IMG/VR virus record: IMGVR_UViG_3300044695_006401
Direction: 5' to 3' (one strand)
Length of the DNA: 64,000 nucleotides
From: a virus
Taxonomy: Duplodnaviria; Caudoviricetes
Positions within the stretch are counted from its first letter, which is position 1. Each line of letters opens with the position of its first letter. The notes under the pieces were generated by a model. The model was not told the origin of the DNA and searched no databases. It was given only the letters and a program-made list of their open reading frames with translations. Below, in pieces: positions 59,733-64,000 of the stretch. The position numbers were made by a program, and so were the translations under genes.

Positions 59733-60081
59733 TAATATTGATGTAAAGATTTTCTCTTATTGGTACTATCAATTCTCCATTATCTAAGGTTATGGAAAAT
59801 TCACCTTTGTATCTACCTGGTCTATTGGTGTCCTTAGTTTTCCATTTGTAATAAATGTAATATTCTTGAGTTGATTCTGCAGATGTTTTATCTTTTTCCA
59901 CTAAATACGCGGGTTGCATTGATATTTTTTCGGCCCCGTTACTTTCTAAAGTCATTGAAAATCTAATATTCGCATTATCTAAAATTGAATAAAATTCTTT
60001 GTATGCGTCAGTTCTTCCATCGAATACGACATCCATTTTTAGAATTGGTAATGTTGAGTTTTGATTTATAAAAAATTCCAT
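59728..60081 (-). CDS. BppU N-terminal-like baseplate/fibre adaptor
   Basis: FFINQNSTLPIL...IYYKW...DT...GRYKGEF-x-I...G-x-L-x-VP is the BppU-like pattern. Confidence 0.65.
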   Translation of the reverse strand: MEFFINQNSTLPILKMDVVFDGRTDAYKEFYSILDNANIRFSMTLESNGAEKISMQPAYLVEKDKTSAESTQEYYIYYKWKTKDTNRPGRYKGEFSITLDNGELIVPIRENLYINII

Positions 60082-60094
60082 ATATTATATTAAA

Positions 60095-62392
60095 TTAACA
60101 AGGTGGATTTAATGGTACATATTCAGTAACTATGCCGCTAGCATTTATTACAACCCAATATAATTGATAAAGGCCATACGCAATTACACCATTGTTACTT
60201 ACTATATAATTACCCTCACCAAACGGACTACTAGAATCATAAAACCCACCAACAAATGAACCAACAGATAGGGGGCCTGTGATAGTTCCTATCATTCCGG
60301 CATACGAATTATTATTACATACTATTACTTGGGCTGCTTGAGCGTTTGCAACATAAATAAATGAGTTCCATGGTGTATTATCATTATCTGACATTCTGTA
60401 ACTTGCCCAAAAAGTTGGTTGAATATTAAGCGTAGGGGTTGGTGTTGGGGTAGGAGTCATTGTTGGTGTTGGTGTCGGTGTAGGGGTCGCTCCTGGTGTT
60501 GGTGTCGGTGTAGATGGATTCAAACAGTTAGGACACCAATAATTGAAAAGTTGATATTGTTGTTCTAATATTCTAAAGTTATGTTGTATAGAAGGAGATT
60601 GTAAAGGTTCGGTATACATTCTAAATTGTGAAATACCTCCCATAAATGATCCACCAAAAGTTTGTTCTACTAAAATGTTTGTCGATAACGCACTAAAAGT
60701 TGTTGCAGAAAGTATGTTATTGGGAAATAGTTCCGGATCCTGTTGATAAGGTCCGTATGGTAAAGTTGAAGATGAAAATATTAAATGGTCGTGTAATCCT
60801 TGAGACCCTCCCCCAAATGAAATATTAAATGGTACTCCAATTTGTTTTTCCTTTTCGGTGTTTAATTCTCTTGGTATTATCTCTTCAAAATTTTCAATAA
60901 CCAAAAATAGATATCCGTTAGCATAAATTTTAAGTCTTCCCATTCGGTACCATGCATCATCGAACCATTTGTGATCAAATTTAACTTGGTAAACTTTATT
61001 TTCTTTCGTATCACCTGAATGTGTTTCTGGAGGCATTATCAAGTTATAAGTTGTTCCATTTATACTTGATTGGTATGTTTCAACCCTAACATCATTCAAT
61101 CCACCTAAGTTCAATAGGTCACAATCCTCAATTGCTGTATATCGTTCAAAAACGGCACTTACCATAACCCATCGGTCCTGAGTAATTGCTGTACATACAT
61201 AATCACAGACATCATAAATAGGTTCTGTGCAAACTTCAGTAATTGTGTATCCCGTTTGAAAAGTTACACCAGTTGTTTCACATGTTCCTGTAGTCACACA
61301 GTCTCCCGTGATTTTAATGTATTTAACACATATTCTTGGGTTTGCGGGACAACCACTGAACCTCAATGAAAGTCCGTTGGATACCACATCAAACATAGGA
61401 TCTAAAGGTGGTACGGGAAGTTGTTCAGTACAAGCCCCACACCCACACCCAATGTTATGGTACGCAGTTGTTGCACTTTTTGGGTAAATGTAGTGACATT
61501 CAGAATTAGTGACTCCTGTATCGGAACACGAGCAAGTTTTCATTTCAGTTAACCCTGATGTAAATGTTCTAGTATACCCCGAATCAGATTCTGGACTACC
61601 TGAAGCAAAATGATAATATTTATTTTCCGCTCTTGTGCCAAAATGAAAAAAAGTTCCAGCATTCCCACTGTAGATTCCATTCAAATAAGTTTGTCCTGTG
61701 GTAATGGAATATGCCTCATTATTTCTTGGTCTTAATAACATTTCTACCGTCCATCCTTGATTTACCCTTTCTGGGAAAACTTCATAATCAAATCCAAAAA
61801 GTTTATAAAATCCTTGGTAGAATCCACCGTACAAATCTTGGTAATATCCCACAAAGTTACTGTATCTAGATACTATGTTATAAATTGTATTTTTAGGTCT
61901 ACCTGAAAATACTTGATTTGGTGAAGATGTATACCCTGTCACAGGATGCATTTTGAATCTTCTATCGTAGTAATGTGGGTGAAACTTGTAATCATTTCTG
62001 ATACCCATCGAGTAATACAAAGTCTCTCCTGACATCTCAGTAAACAATCCATTATCTGTTGCGACCAAACCAACATCACATACCCCTGTAAACGCAGAAA
62101 AACAATTTATATCAACACCGTTTGGGTTGTAATAATTTTTAGATAATAAGGTATTACCTGAAAGATATTGACCAAAATTTATAATTAGTTGGCTACTACA
62201 ATCAGACTTAGAAAGGTCAATATTGATTGGCAATCTATTACCATCATTTTCACCAATCAATAGGTTTGAAAATACCGCCTCCTCATTATAGTTCCTTTCA
62301 TCCGACGCTAGTGTAAGGTCAAAATACTGACCAAAGTTCAAAACTGATCTATACCTTGGGTAATAATATGAATTAAGATTCTGAGTTGGCAT
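60095..62392 (-). CDS. Virion protein with ConA/LamG-like region, Cys-rich inserts and a Pro-Thr linker
   Basis: GWTVEMLLRPR, RWVMVSAVF, RLKIYANG, GGISQFRMY (LamG-like strands), then TPTPTP and a C-terminal module. Confidence 0.55.
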   Translation of the reverse strand: MPTQNLNSYYYPRYRSVLNFGQYFDLTLASDERNYNEEAVFSNLLIGENDGNRLPINIDLSKSDCSSQLIINFGQYLSGNTLLSKNYYNPNGVDINCFSAFTGVCDVGLVATDNGLFTEMSGETLYYSMGIRNDYKFHPHYYDRRFKMHPVTGYTSSPNQVFSGRPKNTIYNIVSRYSNFVGYYQDLYGGFYQGFYKLFGFDYEVFPERVNQGWTVEMLLRPRNNEAYSITTGQTYLNGIYSGNAGTFFHFGTRAENKYYHFASGSPESDSGYTRTFTSGLTEMKTCSCSDTGVTNSECHYIYPKSATTAYHNIGCGCGACTEQLPVPPLDPMFDVVSNGLSLRFSGCPANPRICVKYIKITGDCVTTGTCETTGVTFQTGYTITEVCTEPIYDVCDYVCTAITQDRWVMVSAVFERYTAIEDCDLLNLGGLNDVRVETYQSSINGTTYNLIMPPETHSGDTKENKVYQVKFDHKWFDDAWYRMGRLKIYANGYLFLVIENFEEIIPRELNTEKEKQIGVPFNISFGGGSQGLHDHLIFSSSTLPYGPYQQDPELFPNNILSATTFSALSTNILVEQTFGGSFMGGISQFRMYTEPLQSPSIQHNFRILEQQYQLFNYWCPNCLNPSTPTPTPGATPTPTPTPTMTPTPTPTPTLNIQPTFWASYRMSDNDNTPWNSFIYVANAQAAQVIVCNNNSYAGMIGTITGPLSVGSFVGGFYDSSSPFGEGNYIVSNNGVIAYGLYQLYWVVINASGIVTEYVPLNPPC
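60431..60517 (-). repeat. Pro-Thr (PT)n linker repeat
   Basis: Hexamer repeats encoding TPTPTPGATPTPTPTP. Confidence 0.9.
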
Positions 62393-62400
62393 ACTTTTTT

Positions 62401-62430
62401 ATGATAAATACTTTAACTGAAGTATTTATA
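62401..62430. promoter_or_regulatory. Back-to-back TATTTAT motifs forming an inverted repeat between divergent late genes
   Basis: ataaatactt-taactg-aagtatttat. Each half lies 11-14 nt upstream of one ATG (62392 and 62444). Confidence 0.7.
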
Positions 62431-62443
62431 GGTAAAAGCTGCA

Positions 62444-63196
62444 ATGAAAAGTTATAAATACTCAACAAAAGAAAGAGCCGAGAGAGTTGCAAAAACTTTA
62501 GGGTGCTCAGGCTTTCATTATCATAACGAAGATGGTGAGAGAAAATATATGCCTTGTAAAAGTCATGACATATTCAAATCTAAGGTTGAGAAAGAAGATT
62601 CTAAGGAGGAAGAAGTTACCGAATTAATCGATGCGGATGGAACTTGGTTATCGTCAAGTATTCCTATTTTGGATCCTGCAAGTACAGGAGTCGGTACAAA
62701 AACAACTGACCAAATAGTGCCAGCAGCTAGAAACCCAAGAGATCCACTTTTGAGGGGGTGGTATGGTTACTATGGTGAAGGTCATGTAAAAGAAGAAGAT
62801 ATGTCGAAAGCCTTTGGTTATAAAAAAACCAAGTTTATGGACGCTAAGGAAACTGAAAAGTATTTTGAAAAAGAATTAGGTTTAGACAAAGATGCTGCAA
62901 CACAAAGAACATTAGACCAAGGAAAAGAAAAAGGTAGAGACAAAAAAGCACCTAAGAAAATATCCAAGTTAAAAAATTTCATAGATAGACTTATTCTTAA
63001 AGAAAAAGAAATTGATGAATCAAAAGACATTATAGAAGACACATTAGTAAACAAATCAAATGACGATGATTTGAAAAATAAAAGCAAGGAAATTAACCAT
63101 TTGCTTTTGAGGAATATTAAATCTTTGAAGAGAGTCGCTAAGGATAATAACATAAGTGTAAAAGAGTTAATTGAACTAATTAAAAATGAACAGTAA
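62444..63196 (+). CDS. Hypothetical late protein with an N-terminal Cys/His motif
   Basis: LGCSGFHYHNEDGERKYMPCKSH followed by highly charged regions. Confidence 0.7.
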   Translation: MKSYKYSTKERAERVAKTLGCSGFHYHNEDGERKYMPCKSHDIFKSKVEKEDSKEEEVTELIDADGTWLSSSIPILDPASTGVGTKTTDQIVPAARNPRDPLLRGWYGYYGEGHVKEEDMSKAFGYKKTKFMDAKETEKYFEKELGLDKDAATQRTLDQGKEKGRDKKAPKKISKLKNFIDRLILKEKEIDESKDIIEDTLVNKSNDDDLKNKSKEINHLLLRNIKSLKRVAKDNNISVKELIELIKNEQ

Positions 63197-63635
63197 CTTA
63201 TATAATAAAACTGCAAAATTGCCAGACACTTTAATCAAACACTTAAAGGTTTGTTTTGATTCTGTGTCTGCCGATTCAAATACAGAAGGTTATAATAGAA
63301 ACCAAGAGTTTCAAAAAAGTAAAGTTGCAACATACCAACAAATAAAAAGAATTAAAAATTGGTTTGATTCTTATAGTGGTGATAAAAAAGACGCTCCATT
63401 CATATTGAATGGGGGTGATCGAATGAAAACTTGGTGTGACGAAGTTTTAAGAGTGTGGCGAGATGGTGATAATTCAGCAAAAAAAATTAAGTCTGATGCT
63501 GGTATGGCCAATCAATACCTTGATTCACACGAAAAGAATTCTTTTAATCTTAACGATAAACACGGATCAACATCCGACGAATTGAAGGTTGAAAATCAAA
63601 TCAGACGAATAAATAAACTAATAAAGGGATTTTAA
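63186..63635 (+). CDS. Hypothetical late protein
   Basis: 149 aa, coupled to the upstream gene, ending ENQIRRINKLIKGF. Confidence 0.7.
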   Translation: MNSNLYNKTAKLPDTLIKHLKVCFDSVSADSNTEGYNRNQEFQKSKVATYQQIKRIKNWFDSYSGDKKDAPFILNGGDRMKTWCDEVLRVWRDGDNSAKKIKSDAGMANQYLDSHEKNSFNLNDKHGSTSDELKVENQIRRINKLIKGF

Positions 63636-63638
63636 AAA

Positions 63639-63932
63639 ATGGCAGTACAATCAGATAAATTAGATTTCAGTCAACCTAGCAATGCAATGTCATCAGTTGC
63701 TGACGAACAAAGAAGAAAATTGTTTGCAAGAAATGACTTCAACACTGAAGATCAATATTCTCCAGTCCATCCTGATGCGTTAGCAAACGGAGATAAAATT
63801 GGTAGAGGTACTGGTGTAGAATTAGATATATACAACCAAAATATTGGTACGAGTACCGATGTCGCAGAAAGAAAAGATGACATAAAGGTTAATAAATATA
63901 ATTCTTTCAACCCATACTACATTGTTCAATGA
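63639..63932 (+). CDS. Hypothetical protein
   Basis: 97-aa ORF in the same operon. Confidence 0.7.
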   Translation: MAVQSDKLDFSQPSNAMSSVADEQRRKLFARNDFNTEDQYSPVHPDALANGDKIGRGTGVELDIYNQNIGTSTDVAERKDDIKVNKYNSFNPYYIVQ

Positions 63933-64000
63933 AACTTCTAAATAACCTTAAGGGTCTAATAACAGAAATTGCTGCGATCAGTGATATTACTGATGCGGTA
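63929..64000 (+). CDS. Partial ORF (5' end only)
   Basis: ATGA overlap with the upstream stop. MKLLNNLKGLITEIAAISDITDAV is open to the window end. Confidence 0.6.
   Translation, partial: MKLLNNLKGLITEIAAISDITDAV

Noticed and set aside
162-63216. Many short ORFs in the six-frame track overlapping real genes (e.g. 1173-1604, 15933-16343, 22683-23120, 42667-43245, 44566-44931, 62818-63216)
   Set aside because: They are antisense or alternate-frame shadows of long genes with recognisable motifs, have no expression signals, and have compositions typical of reverse-frame translation.

Overview
The window is a 64-kb, AT-rich (roughly one-third GC by eye), gene-dense piece of a large T4-like contractile-tailed phage (jumbo/huge myovirus style), read in the standard genetic code. 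It holds most of the tail and neck morphogenesis genes: sheath, tube, tape measure, tail-assembly chaperone, baseplate hub, wedge gp6/gp25/gp53-like proteins, neck gp13/gp14/gp15-like proteins and fibre/adhesin proteins. Interleaved with these is a replication and recombination set: class Ia RNR nrdAB, DnaB-like helicase, flap endonuclease/RNase H, RecA/UvsX, gp32-like SSB, SNF2 helicase and family B DNA polymerase. Accessory genes encode a Mn-type SOD fused to an HExxH domain, a HAD phosphatase and a small RHH protein. SprB-like repeats, TTTG-N19-TAnnTTTG promoters and the absence of obvious Shine-Dalgarno sites point to a Bacteroidota host (inference). The best leads are (i) an unannotated ORF behind a UUU_CGC site that suggests a +1 G/GT-type frameshift, (ii) a strictly oriented TATTTAT motif before 16 mostly late genes, (iii) a candidate set of head-packaged cargo proteins with I/L/V-x-E cleavage-like motifs, including the SOD and the HAD enzyme, (iv) heavy [S/T]-G-x-T enrichment in outer virion proteins, and (v) giant baseplate proteins carrying OmpA-like, GH73-like and membrane-helix inserts. 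All family calls come from motif recognition; no database search was run.
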